DNA from: Lama guanicoe
Taxonomy: Eukaryota
Direction of reading: 5' to 3'
DNA: 64,000 nucleotides
NCBI GenBank assembly: GCA_013239625.1
Contig: MU056254.1
Coordinates: 2,025,675 to 2,089,674, forward strand
Below the pieces are notes generated by a model. That model was not told where the DNA came from and did not search any database. It worked only from the letters and a program-made list of their open reading frames with translations. Shown one piece after another: positions 12,521-24,480 of this stretch. Within the stretch, counting starts at the first letter, position 1; every line of letters begins with the position of its first letter. A program made the position numbers and the translations under genes.

Positions 12521-14504
12521 CGTTGCACTGGACTGGAAGACTTTTACAAGCCAGCAGGGGAAATACCTGCAATGCAGTTTAGTGTCCCCTAGCCCCTTGG
12601 CCTCTTTTCCCTGCCCCTCCACTCTGCTTAAGATGCACAGAATCACTTGCCAAGACCCCCTTTTGGATTCAGTTGGTCTTTTGTGTAAATCCACAGCTGA
12701 AAGATCAGAGAGGATGAAGCGGAGAGGTGTGTGATGGGAAACAGAAGTAGGTGTGTGATACCCGCAGACGCCATGGCAGTGAACTTCGGTGGGGAGACAA
12801 GCGTGTGGATGGACCTGGGGATGCAAACGAGATGAGGAGGAGCAATCCCCCTCCCTTTTTTCACCCCCCCAAATATTCCAGTGCGCATGCGTCCACAGAC
12901 CTAAGGATGTTCACGGTGAGGCTAAGGAAACACACAGAGGTAGAGGTCGCCTTTGGAGAGATTGAGACTCTGAATCCACTTCTTTCCTGGGAAGAGACAG
13001 TAGGAGCAAAGTCTGAGGGTCAAGTGAGGGTTCAGAGGGCTGGGGAGAGGGGCTCGGTGTGAACGACATGCCTAGGAACAGCTGTGTGAGCTGTCCTGTT
13101 GTCCCCGGCCCCCCGGAGGGCACCTGCTGACGCAGTCCTGGGCGGGAGGGATGCGAGCCCGGCTTCCTCTGTTCAGGCCATGGCATCAGAGGCACAGCTG
13201 AGCATCTCTCTGCTGTGCAGCTCCCACTTGAGAAAAACCAGCCTCTCCGAGGCCTTCCCAGGGTCAAGATGCCGGCTCTCAAGTCCATTTAGCAGAAATG
13301 GGGGCTACTGCACGATCTTAAGCCCTGAGCTAGAGCTGGTCTCCTGTATGAAACTGGAAGATTCCGAGGACACTGGGACTGGCTCTAATTGGCCTGCTGG
13401 TGGTGAGGCCCTGCGTACAACTAGCCTGCCCCTCTGCCGTCCCTCCCAGGGCACCGCCTCCGTTCATCCTGGGGTCCACAAGCACCAAGGTGGTATTTGC
13501 GCTCCACTGACACCGTTTCCAATGGGCTTAATGCCAGAGGAAACCACTCACTGCTGCAGGCGAGGAGGTAACTTCAAGAGGAGGAAAGGATCACACGGTG
13601 CAAAGCCCCTCCTGCTGGTTTGGTGCCAAGGCTCCTTCCCCAGCTCCTGCCCCAGGTCAGGGCCCTGCTGGTCTCTATCCTGTGCTGTGTGCCTGCTGTG
13701 GGGCCAGAGCTGCGGACACCGCCCCAGGACTCCCTGCATCACCGGGAGCCTCCTTCTGGTTTTACGAGGCAGTGAGGCGGTTCGGCTTTGGCCCTGGGTG
13801 GAGAGTACTGGGGGAGGACTCCAGGGGGTGGGCAAGCTTACCCTCAGTTAACCCGAGCACCGCAGGATGATGCCCTTGCTCTGTGATGCGCACAGCCGTC
13901 TTCCTTCCCGGATGAGAACTGTTTCTCTTTAAAACACGCGCTCATTGTTTTAAGAAGCTAAAAACAGGCTCTTGTCCTGGGGTCATGGCTTGAGAATTTG
14001 CTTTGGAGCCAGTGGACTGTGATAGCAGTAAAACAGCAAATGCTGCTCCTTATGTAAGTAACACACTTTCAGATAGTATGTTTTGTGGCAAGAATTGGAG
14101 CCGTTTGCCATCATAGGAAGTAATTACTCTAAGTGGTGGGAGAAGAGGCTTATATAAGCGACATCTGAATGATCAGGGCAGCTTCCTTATTGCATAGACG
14201 TGTGTGCTGATTTCGATCATCATTATTACATTTAGAGAATCTTTAAGAACAAATCCACACGTAAGGACACACAAAGGCACATGCAAATGCCAGCATCTCT
14301 AGGTGGACGCCCGCTTTTTAAATTTATGCTAGCATTTTTCAAGCTTCAGGCTCGTGTAGCTGATGTCTTCGTGTACACCTCCTCGAGGCTTAGAGCTGCG
14401 CTTTAGGGATGTAATAGTTAAAAAAGAAAGTCGTCGTCCTCATCCTCTGTGAACTGTAGTCTACGGACTGCGAGAACAAGTAGTCAAATAATCATACAGA
14501 TGGT

Positions 14505-14652
14505 GGGGGTAGGGTATAGCTCAANNNNNNNNNNNNNNNNNNNNNNNNNNNNNNNNNNNNNNNNNNNNNNNNNNNNNNNNNNNNNNNNNNNNNNNNNNNN
14601 NNNNNNNNNNNNNNNNNNNNNNNNNNNNNNNNNNNNNNNNNNNNNNNNNNNN
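14505..14652 (+). mobile_element. Vic-1-type SINE 5' end running into N-run 14525-14652 (128 nt)
   Basis: gggggtagggtatagctcaa matches the SINE head at 28056; the body is hidden by Ns. Confidence 0.7.
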
Positions 14653-14778
14653 TGCAGAGTAGACGGCACACAGTTTTATGAGAAAATAAAAGAGGGACGT
14701 GACATAGGGTTAGAGGTCAGAGACAGCTACCAAGAGGGAGAGATGCTGAGCTAAGGGATGCGTTGGGGTTTAATGAGG

Positions 14779-14802
14779 TTGGGGTTGGGGTTGGGGTTGG
14801 GG
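14779..14802 (+). repeat. (TTGGGG)4 G-quadruplex-forming repeat
   Basis: Direct read. Confidence 0.9.
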
Positions 14803-15249
14803 TATGGAGGGAACATTCTGGAAGTACAGAACAGTCTGTGTCAGGTCCCCGAGGCAGAGAAAAGCCCTGAGAGTTTAGGGGAGGCCAGAGTGGCTGCAGG
14901 CGGAGGGAAGAGAGACCAGATGAGGCCAGAGAGGTGACCTTGGGGCTGTGCTGGACCTTAGAGGCAGGGACGATGGTCACAAGTGGGTCATCCCGCCCCA
15001 GGGCTGCGCGATGTGCGCACGCATGTGCGCATGTGCGCGCCAGCGTGTGATTCCGGCTGCGCAGGCGTTAACCCCGCGGTTGCCGATGGGGGAGAAGGGT
15101 CTGGGGGAGGGTCCAGGGCGGCAGGGGTTGGGGGTACTGACCCCGAGGAACGGAGGTATCTCAGCATTTGACAACCTGCCCAGCTGTATCAGCGCGTTCT
15201 GGGAGAGCATCCACCCTGCTTGCAGAGGCCGTGTTAAGGATTCTGATCT

Positions 15250-16400
15250 TTAAACTGAGCCGAGAGGAGCTGACCACAGCATCAAGCACCGGAGTGATGT
15301 GGCCACAGGTGTGCTTTAAAGGGCCACACTGCCCAGTGTGGACAGGACAGGTGGAAGGGCCGGTTATGAGATGCTGGCCATAGTCCAGGAGAGACACTTG
15401 GTCGCTTGGATAAAGGTCGTGGCTGTGGAGATGGTTGGGGGTGGGGGGGGGTGCGGCAGGAAAGGGGACTTCAGGAAGGACCTCAGATGCCTGGCTTGTG
15501 CAGGGGCGGAGGGCGGCACCAGTCGCCGGGACATGACCTGGGAGGGGGCGTGGTCAGTATGTGAGGAGGCCGGAGCAGAGCTGTGTGTCTGAGGAATCCA
15601 GTGAAGGTATATAGTAAGCAATCGGATATTTGAGCCTGGAACTCAGATAAGAGGTCCAATCCAAAGACAGATATTTGGAAGTCATTCAGCACTCGAGGAA
15701 GGCAAATGCTAGCTGATGAGAACAGGGCCGAGAGGCGTGTTGAATCTAATCCCTGGGTGTCTTCACAGGGGCCATTCCACACATTATGAAACACCTTGCC
15801 TGTGCCAGGTGCTATTCTAGGCCCTGAGCAAGGCACACAAAAGAGACAAAGTCTGTGCCCTCGTGACACTGATAGCTGGTGAAGAAGACAGACAATGAGC
15901 AAGAAGATGAGCAAATGTATAATGCCAGCTAATGAGACATCTCATGGAGGAGAGAGGGAAAGGAGCCTGCTTTAGAGGGTAGTTCAGGAAGGCCTCTCTA
16001 AGGGGATGACTTAGAAAGAAGTAAGGGAGAATCATGTGGTTTCTGGAGATGAGCATTCCTGGAGGAGGGGTATGTGCAAAGGCCCTGGGGCAGTACCAGG
16101 CTTGGTTTGTTTGGGGAAGAGCAAGAGGAACAGCATAGCTGCAGTGGAAGGATGGACCAGAGGAGTGGTAGGCAGGGAAGTGGGAGAGATTGCTGGGGCC
16201 AAATCTTGATGGGCTTTCAGGCCATGGCAAGGACCTGGATTTTGCTCCAGGGGTGATGGGAAGCCATTGGAAGGTACTCAATCTAAGTTAGTTTTTTAAG
16301 TGATCACTCTGCCTGCTGTATGGAGAATTGGTTTGGGGCACAGGGACAGGAGCAGGAAGACTGGTGAGGAGGATGAGGCAGTGGACCACGTAGATTTGGG
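15250..16400. mobile_element. Degraded L2 LINE fragments
   Basis: tgtgccaggtgctattctaggccctg...agacaaagtctgtgccctc...tgtgcaaaggccctgggg...gatgggaagccattggaagg...gatcactctgcctgct are typical L2 motifs. Boundaries fuzzy. Confidence 0.7.
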
Positions 16401-16605
16401 AGGGAGCCCTGAATAAAGGGGAGATAGTGGACGCGGTGAAGCCAGGCTTGCAGTGTGTTGTTGTGGCTGTGGTGGTCTCAGCACACATGACACAGGGCAC
16501 ATGGGAGCCAGGGGCCTTCCCTCAGCCCAAGACCATGCCATTATTGTCACTGCAGCCACCACATGGCAGTGGGCTGATTGATTCATGTCTTGGCTCAAAA
16601 GCCAT

Positions 16606-17590
16606 TCTTTTTAAAAATTTTTTTTAACTGAAGTATAGTTGGTTTATAGAGCTGTGTTAAGTTCTGGTGTACAGCCTACTGATTCAGTTATACGTATATA
16701 TACATTCCTTTTCATATTTTTTCATTATAGGCTATTATAAGGTATTGCATATAGTTCCCTGTGCTGTACAGCAGGGCCTTCTGGTTTCTCTATTTTATGT
16801 ATAGTAATTAGTATCTGCAAAACCTGGAACCCCTAATTTAACCCCTCCATCCCTACCTACCCCCTGGTAACTGTAAGTTTGTTTTCTATGTCTGTGAGTC
16901 TGTTTCTGTTTGTAAATAAGTTCATTTGTGTCATTTTTTTAGATTCCACATGTAAGTAATGTCATTTGGTATTTTTTTTTCCTCTTTCTGGCTTACTTAG
17001 TATGACAATCTGCCATTCCATCCATGTTGCTGCAAATGGCATTATTTTATTCTTCTGTGTGGCTGAGTAGTATTTTATTGTGTGTATTTACCGCAGCTTC
17101 TTTCTCCAGTCATCTGTTGTTGGACACTTAGGTTGCTCCCATGTCTTGGCTATGGTAAATAGTGCTGCTGTGAACATTGGGGGGCATGTGTCTTTTTGGA
17201 TTAGAGTTTCTCTATTTCTGGATATATGCCCAGGAGTGGGATTGCTAGATCATAGGGTAAGTCTGTTTGTAGTTTTTTGTGGAATCTCCATACCGTTTTC
17301 CATAATGGCTGCACCAGACTGCATTCCCACCAACAATGTAGGAGGGCTCCCTTTTCTCCACATCTTCTCCAGCATTTATTGTTTGTGGACTTTTTAACGA
17401 TGGCCATTCTGATGGGTGTGAGGGAATACCTCCTTGTAGTTTTGATTTGGATTTCTCTGATAATTAGCAATATCGAGCATTTTTCTCTGTGCCTGTTGGC
17501 CATTTGTATGTTTTCATTGGAGAAATGTTTGTTTAGGTCTTCTGCCCGTTTTTGGATTGGGTTGTTTGGGTTGTTTGTTACTGAGTTGTA
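16606..17590 (-). mobile_element. L1 3' end (ORF2 C-terminus plus 3' UTR), antisense, about 1 kb, with TSD
   Basis: ORF 17201..17503(-) [23 protein letters not shown]...[19 protein letters not shown] is the L1 ORF2 cysteine-rich end. TSD tcaaaagccat (16595-16605) / tcaaaagtcat (17591-17601). Confidence 0.95.
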
Positions 17591-18591
17591 TCAAAAGTCA
17601 TCGTGAAGACACAGTGATCCCCAGACCCTGAGTGGCCTCCTCCCTGCAGTCACTCAGACGCTCTCACAGCTCAGCCATGTCCAACCGTACAGCGTGATGG
17701 CGTCAAGCACGCCTTAGCTGTCCTAGGATGGATAAGGTGCTAAGTGACCATGGCCGCTTCTGCCCCGCAGCGCCCAGCATCCGATGTGTCCTAGAGTCGA
17801 TGGTCAATACTGGATTGAATAAAGTATCCGTGATGAGGCAGATACTAATATCAGCATCATATCTCCAATTTCCAGAATTACTGCTAGATTCTTGTATCAA
17901 ATCAAGATATTTTATTATGGTGGTCATAATGATAGAAAGAAAACAATACTTTCTGGGGTGAGCTAATTGACCTCACATGGTTAGCAGTTAGCCAAATAAA
18001 CAGAGAACAAGAGGAGAGAGATTCAGAACCTCTGTTCTCCCGAATTCCTAGAATTGTGGGGTCACCACGGATACTCCACTGGGAGGTGCCAGCTGTTAAG
18101 TCCGGGGGGCGGAAAGCCTCGCTGTTTTAGGTTTCTGCTCTGTTCTTGTGTTGCTGACAAACCCAGGCTCATTGGCCTTCCTGGTAGGAATAAAGTTACT
18201 TAAGACCCTCGGAGAAAATTTCACTTCAACCAGAGAAGCCTTGTGGTCAGCAGCACTGGCTTAAAGCATAGAGTTAGAAGGGAGGTGTCCTGGGGCATCC
18301 TCTATCTTAGAGCATCCTCTGTCCCCGTAGTCTGTCTGATCTTCTCCATGGTACTTACTCCTGCCTGACTCACCATGTGTCTCTTCATTACGCTCTGTCT
18401 TCTCCGCTAAAATGGAGACACCTCAAAGGGAGAGGACTTTGCTTTATTCAGTGCTCCATGTCAGGATTCTGCACAGCACACAGTAGGTGCTCATAAATTC
18501 AGTTGGTAGCTGTTCAGTCTGTAACCACTAATGATTAAAGCTTACGTATTTGAAGTTTAGCCCAGATAGGATGTCCAGCTAAGCACTGTCA

Positions 18592-18869
18592 AATTTTTTT
18601 TTTTTTCTGGGAGAAGAAAGGATTTGTCACTGGCAGCAAGTAAGGAGAACGTCAGGGACCTTTCCCAAAGCCGTGTCTCCCCAAACAGCAAAATTGGGAA
18701 AGTTTTAAGCCAAGGATGCATGCATATTCATGGAGGGGCGTGGGCAGGGCAGTGATCAATGGAGTCCGGGCTTTAGTTGATTGAAGCATCAGAAAGGATC
18801 AACATCGTCATCCCTTGGGTTCCAGTGGATCTGGTGGGTTCCAGTTAAACCTGAGGAAGGCTTTCAGTT
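18592..18869 (-). mobile_element. 278-bp poly(A)-tailed retroposed insertion, probably an LTR-derived RNA 3' end
   Basis: Perfect 13-bp TSD ctaagcactgtca (18579-18591 and 18870-18882), T13 tract at 18594-18606, and CTTT/AA L1-endonuclease-type site at 18883-18888. The LTR origin is inferred. Confidence 0.8.
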
Positions 18870-21160
18870 CTAAGCACTGTCACTTTAAGAGCATCGCGAA
18901 ACAGTCGCTCTTGGGATAATGTTTCTCCTGTGTGGTGATGATGGTTCAGAGTCTGGCACCAGTCGCCCTCGTCAAATACATGGCAGTATTTGCTGCCGTT
19001 TCCAGCAGCTCGACCATCTGAACAGAGACAAAAACATTAACAGTTCCCAACACTAATACAGAGCCCACGAGGGCCTGTGAGACCATGCTAGTACCAGTGG
19101 TGTTCTCAAAGTTTCCACACGTGCCGTCCACCTGCACCCCACCACTGTTAGGTACTTGTTTATCTTGAAAGTGAAGGGTTTTCGGCGTTTCAAATAAAAG
19201 GCGCACCTGTAGCAAGAGCTACAGAGTAATCTTTTTCTACAGCAGCCAAAGGCCACGTCTTCCCTTCAGGATTTGTTGGGCTCTGGTGATCGTAATAATT
19301 GCTTCCTTTCCAAATTATAGTCTTAGAGCTTTAGAGGACATTGCGGCATTCACCTGTCTCTTTACGGCTCAGGCAGCTAAGGTCAGGAGGTGAGTTCTGA
19401 GCATCTCCTGAGCCTTATGACTCTGGATTTGGAGACATGAGCTTACAAAGACCACTTGCAGTTTCTCTGCTCGTTCATTTGTTCTACAAACATGTATGGA
19501 GCGCTGACCACGCCCCCCGGCACTGTGGTAGATGCTATATTCCTGCCGCCTCTGCTTCAAAGAACTCGGAGGTCGGTGCAGAAGCCCAGCTTGGAAATAG
19601 AAGGCTGCGGATCCAGTGCCAGCCGTTTTCATTCACTTGCTCATTCACTCCACACATATTTACGGAGCTGCTCTATGACGCCACGTGCTGGCCACTCAAA
19701 GTGAGTCCCCGTGCCTGTTCCCACGTCGCTCTCCTCCTCCGTCCGGGGGTGGCGGCTGGAATGCCAGTGAGTCACAGAGAGGCTTTTTGCAGGAAGAGTG
19801 GGAGTTTGCCAGATAGGGGGTTGGGAACGGGGGACTGCGGCGAGAAGGAGCAGGCTGTGCAGAGGCAGGCGAAAGGCACAGGCATCGGGGAGATGGGTGA
19901 GGCTGGGGCGAATGAGATGCGAGGAGGATGTGGTCCATCAGGTGAGGAGGGTCCATCTAGATCTGAGGATGGTACGTCTAGATCAGTGTCGATATGGTTA
20001 CTATTACTATTACTATTACCTGTTACCATTTTCTGGCATCACCTTTTGCTTACGAACCACTGAAGGGCACAGAGGTCATGTTCAATGACGTCATCCCCTA
20101 ATTCCACCGGCACCCCCAACTCACGCTGCAAACCCTCTATGACAATACGGTCACATTAAGCCTTCTTGAAACATGCTGCCTCGGTGCAGCTCTGGAATAG
20201 TGATGGGGGAGAGGGAAGGGTGTGTTATTCAGCCCCCACCTGGGGGAGTGGTCTGCGTGATGAGGAGTGCTCAACACCCTACGCTGCCACCAGGGACTCT
20301 TCTGCAAGATCTCGTTCCTACTAGAAAGGGTAATAGTGAAAAAGACAGAACCTGAACACCTCCATCCCCTGAAATCTTTTAAATAGGTGAATGACTCCTG
20401 CGTTGTGGCAGAAATGAGCTATTTGATGTTCCTCTTGCTAATTACGTGACTGATTTTTAGTTTTAAGTGACGTTGATTACTTGACATGAGTCAGAGAGAC
20501 CCATGGTGTTTAAGAATCACAAATGCCAGTTCTCTGGTGTCCCTGCTTTCCCAAGCCCTTCCAGGCACCGCCACTTGGAGTGTTCACATCACCCCAGATG
20601 TGGGGTGGATGGAGCCATGTGCTTGACAAGTGAGGCTGGCGAAGAGGCAGATTCTTCCTGAACTGGAGCCAGGGGCTCCCAGCTCCCAGCCCGGGTCTGT
20701 GCACCGAACTCCACAGACGGGCTGACTGTGTGGTGGGGACCCCTCCTCTGGGCAGCCTTCCCTGTGCTAGTTTCATTTTCATTTCCCCTTTCCCCTCAGT
20801 GAAGGAAGAGTTTTGGTTCATCATTGTGTCCACTTGTAGCAACATCTGGACATCTCTGGGATCCTAGAAACTAGGAAAGGGTGATGGCATCGTCAGGAAC
20901 GATCTGGAACATATTGCAAGGAAAGCACACCCTCCAAATTCCCCTAGTCTATGGCTTGATTGCTGTGAATTTACAGCGTGAAGACTAGACATGACATTCT
21001 CAGTCCTAAGAGACTAAGAAGAAAGATAGCCCTGTGTATGTGTCAGGTTGCATGAACGTGGGTTCAGTTCTGCCAACTCTTAGGGAACACACCAAGTGCC
21101 AGGCTCCATGCTGGGACTGGAGGTACAGGGGAAAGCATGGGACCTCAAAGAGTCCTACTT

Positions 21161-21377
21161 CAACGTTTAGGATGAACTTATATGCACTATATGTATAAAA
21201 GAGATAAACAACAAGGTCTACTGTATAGCGCAGGGAACTATGTTCAGTATCTTATAATAGCCTATAATGGAAAAGAATCTGAAAAAGAATATATATGTAT
21301 AATTGAATCACTTTGCTGTACACTTGAAACGAACACGACATTGTAAATCAACTATACTTTAATAACAACAACAAGAA
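21161..21377 (+). mobile_element. Short 5'-truncated L1 3' end with TSD
   Basis: aacaacaaggtctactgtatagcgcagggaacta...ttgtaaatcaactatacttt plus A-rich tail. TSD aaagagtcctactt (21147-21160) / aaacagtcgtactt (21378-21391). Confidence 0.9.
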
Positions 21378-21823
21378 AAACAGTCGTACTTGGAGAGACA
21401 CCGTCACAAGAGCCAGTAAAGGCAGTTCCACATGAGAAGGGCCTCAGTATAGTCACTGAGTGAGGTGGGAACACGGCTGGGAGAGTGGTTCACTTTTGGG
21501 GACTGGAAATAGAGTGTGGAGTGACGATGACAGAATGACAGGGAAAGTCATGGAGAAAAATGACATTCGATTTGGGCCTTGAAGGAAGATCTGCCCCTCT
21601 CCTTAGGAGAGGAAACGTACATGCAATTCCTTTTCTTTCTGATTGGAAATAGACAATGCGTGTGAATTTGCCTGAGGTTATTGACATTCGATGGTTTCTG
21701 AATTCTTTGCTAGAACTGTTTTTTGTCACTTCTGACAACTATGTTCCTGATTTTAAGTGTTTCGAGATTTTTAATTTAACAACAAAGTGAATAAAGGGTA
21801 GTTGTTTTAAAATTCACACTTTA

Positions 21824-21939
21824 GAGGGGAGAGTATGCTCAGTGGTAAAGCATGTGCAAGGTCCTGGGTTCAATCCCCAGTCCCTCCTCGAAAAATAAAT
21901 AAAGTTAGTTTTATCTTTGTTAATAAATATTCAAAAAGA
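21824..21939 (+). mobile_element. Vic-1-type tRNA-derived SINE, diverged
   Basis: ggggagagtatgctcagtggtaaagcatgtgcaaggtcctgggttcaatccccagt (A and B boxes) plus aaataaataaa. Degenerate TSD aaaattcacacttta / aaaaattacgcttta. Confidence 0.85.
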
Positions 21940-23289
21940 AAAAATTACGCTTTATGGAAATATGAAAGATCTGTAAGTCCCCCCTGTGCCCCCACTCCCC
22001 AAAGTCACTGAACAGCTTGGCGTGAGTCTTGTCACACCTTTATCTGCATCTCTGCCCGCAAAAACACATATTTTAACTACTTTTGAGCGCTCTTGGTTCT
22101 GGAATTGTGGCATGAAGAGGAAGCTGAGAGATCAGAGGCGTCTTGTCATTTTGAAGTTTCACAGATTGAGGCCCTGCAGGGGAAGTGACAGGTCAGGAGG
22201 ACAGTTTAGAGTCCCCGGTCCAGTATCCAGTGATCTTTTCTCTAAACTCCACTGCCCTGCTTCTGAAGAGCTGGCTCTTTTTATCGTTTTAAAGGAATGC
22301 CGAGATCCTGGACGTGGACACTCTTTCTAGTCCATAGGAGATATTCTTAGCTGCTGAGCTGAATTTCAGAGTCTTTGTTCTCTCATTAACTTGAGCTCAC
22401 GCTCCCTCCTCCATCCCCGAAGGGCCTCCGATCCCTGCAGCTGCTGGACTGCTGAGCCCGGGGAGGCCACCAAGGGATGTCCGGAGAGTAAAGGGCAGGT
22501 GATCGGATGGATTCACCTCGTCCCAGAGCTCCAAAAGAGGTGTGGGTTTCTGGGTTTTTCTTGTTTTCTTTTCCTTCAGATAATGAAAAGCATTTGAGTG
22601 TTTTCCTCCTCGTGAGCATACGGTAAACTGAATCTGCAGCGCTACCTGGGGAAGGAGCTAAATTTAGATTGCAATAAAGCAGGGGAGGGGCGTGCTCAGA
22701 GCCGGTCCTGCTCCTTTCCCTCGGGGTTTGCGCCTTCCTCTCAGTTTCTGCACTGATTTCACCTTCCCCAACCCTGGACCAGAGACAGGTTGGCACACGA
22801 GATGATGGGTGATTTTCTGTCAGGGTTACGGTAATCGCTTCAGCTCTTTCTGGCTTCCGATGTGTTAGATTTCAGGATCATATATTTTTAGCGGACCTTT
22901 CCCACCAAGCGGTCTCTGGGGAGCCATGCGATATCTGGGTCAGAAGGAGGCTGCGGGTGGGTGGCCCTGGGGACGGAACCTGAGACCGGCTGTCCCATAC
23001 GCTGGTTCCCACGCAGGGCTGTGGGCGGCTTGCCTGTCGTGGTTTCATGGCACTCCGGGATTTCCAGCCTGGAATCATCTCTCAGCTCCGGTTAAAGGCT
23101 GCACCTCACGGGGCCTAGAGATAGGAGGGATGTGTGTGTTCCGCTCCTCACGCTGGCTCTGGTCCTAGATGTGTGGGGACCCCAATGGGCTGCCCCTCCT
23201 CTCCCACCAGCGCCAGAGCCCGGAGTGGCCCACAGCTCTCCCTCTGCTTCTCCACCAGCCTCTTCTACTCTCCCACACTCCTTCCCACC

Positions 23290-24480
23290 TCCCACTGTCT
23301 TTCTTGAAATTTTAAATAGTTTCGAATCAACAGAAAAGTGGCCAAGACCCCACAGCCTCCTCACCCTGACTCTCTGTGACCGTCCCTGTCTGTGGATCTG
23401 TGATGTGTACCGCAGGTGACGTCATCCCCATCACCCCTGAACGTCTCGGTGAGCCCCCGCCCCCAGAAGTCTGACATTTTCCCACGTAATACAGAGTCTC
23501 TCCAGGAACACACTTGGCATCGACTGCTCCTATCTTGTCAGCTTCCTTCAGTGGAGGATGCTTCTCAGTCTCTGGCCCTTCTCTCATCTTTTTGACCGTC
23601 TTCCAGTCTGTGGTTTGAACCTCAGCTGCAGCTGCTGATGTTTGCTTGTGACCGGGCTGAGGCAGCGTGCCCTTGGCAGGATCCCATTGAAATCGTGCTC
23701 CCTTCCTGCCCCTGGTGATGGTAACCTTGATCACCTGGTGAAGCTGATGTCTGCCAAGTTTTTCTACTGTACAGTCATCGATTTTCCCCTTTGTAGTTGA
23801 TCAGTATTTTCTTGGGGGGCGTGGGGACTATTCCCATATAATGCCGACATCCTGTTCCTCCTCAAAGTTCCATCCACCATTCTTGGCATACACTGGTGAC
23901 TTCTGCCTGCATCGGCTACCAACATGACAGTACCAGGGAGTGCGCTCCATCTCCATCATTTCCTCTGCATTGATTAGCTGGCGTCCCACTGAAGGCTGAG
24001 CTTTCCCTTGTCCCTCATTGATTTGGTTTTCTCATTGTTTATTTATACGTGTTCAGACTCGTGGGTTCCTCTTTTATTCGATGGACTGTAATCTGATTCT
24101 CTCGTGGCTTATTTTGATGATAAAATCTAAACCAGGTCAGTAGGAGCCCTTTGACTAAGCTGGCTCCTGTGTTCTTTGATGTGTCCGCGTGATTCTTTGA
24201 TTTCCTTACTTTCCGGCCCAGGTTGTCCCAGGGTCATTTTGTACTTTCCCTGCCCCAGCCCTGGATCAGCCACTTTTCCAAGGCCCTCTGGTTCCTTTTA
24301 AGGGAGGGTGGTATGTAGACACCAAAATCCGTTCACTTGATGTGCCCAGGGCTGCTGGTTGTCATGTGTGTATACACATGTCTCTAAGTATTGTGACATC
24401 TCTCTTTGTAATGTGTTTTTAAAATCTGTGAGATCGTGCAGATACTCCCAAGCCTGGCCCATCACCTCAGGGCTCTGTCT
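23290..24480 (-). mobile_element. Highly diverged old L1 (L1MC/ME-like) 3' region, antisense
   Basis: ttgatcacctggtgaagctgatgtctgccaagtttttctactgtacagtc; ttgtactttccctgccccagccctggatcagccacttttccaagg. Confidence 0.6.

Noticed and set aside
13099-13851. 250-aa intronic ORF
   Set aside because: Non-ATG start, no recognisable domain and no supporting splice or promoter signals. Chance ORF.
17201-17503. Protein-like ORF ending in CWWEC
   Set aside because: L1 ORF2 remnant, not a host gene.
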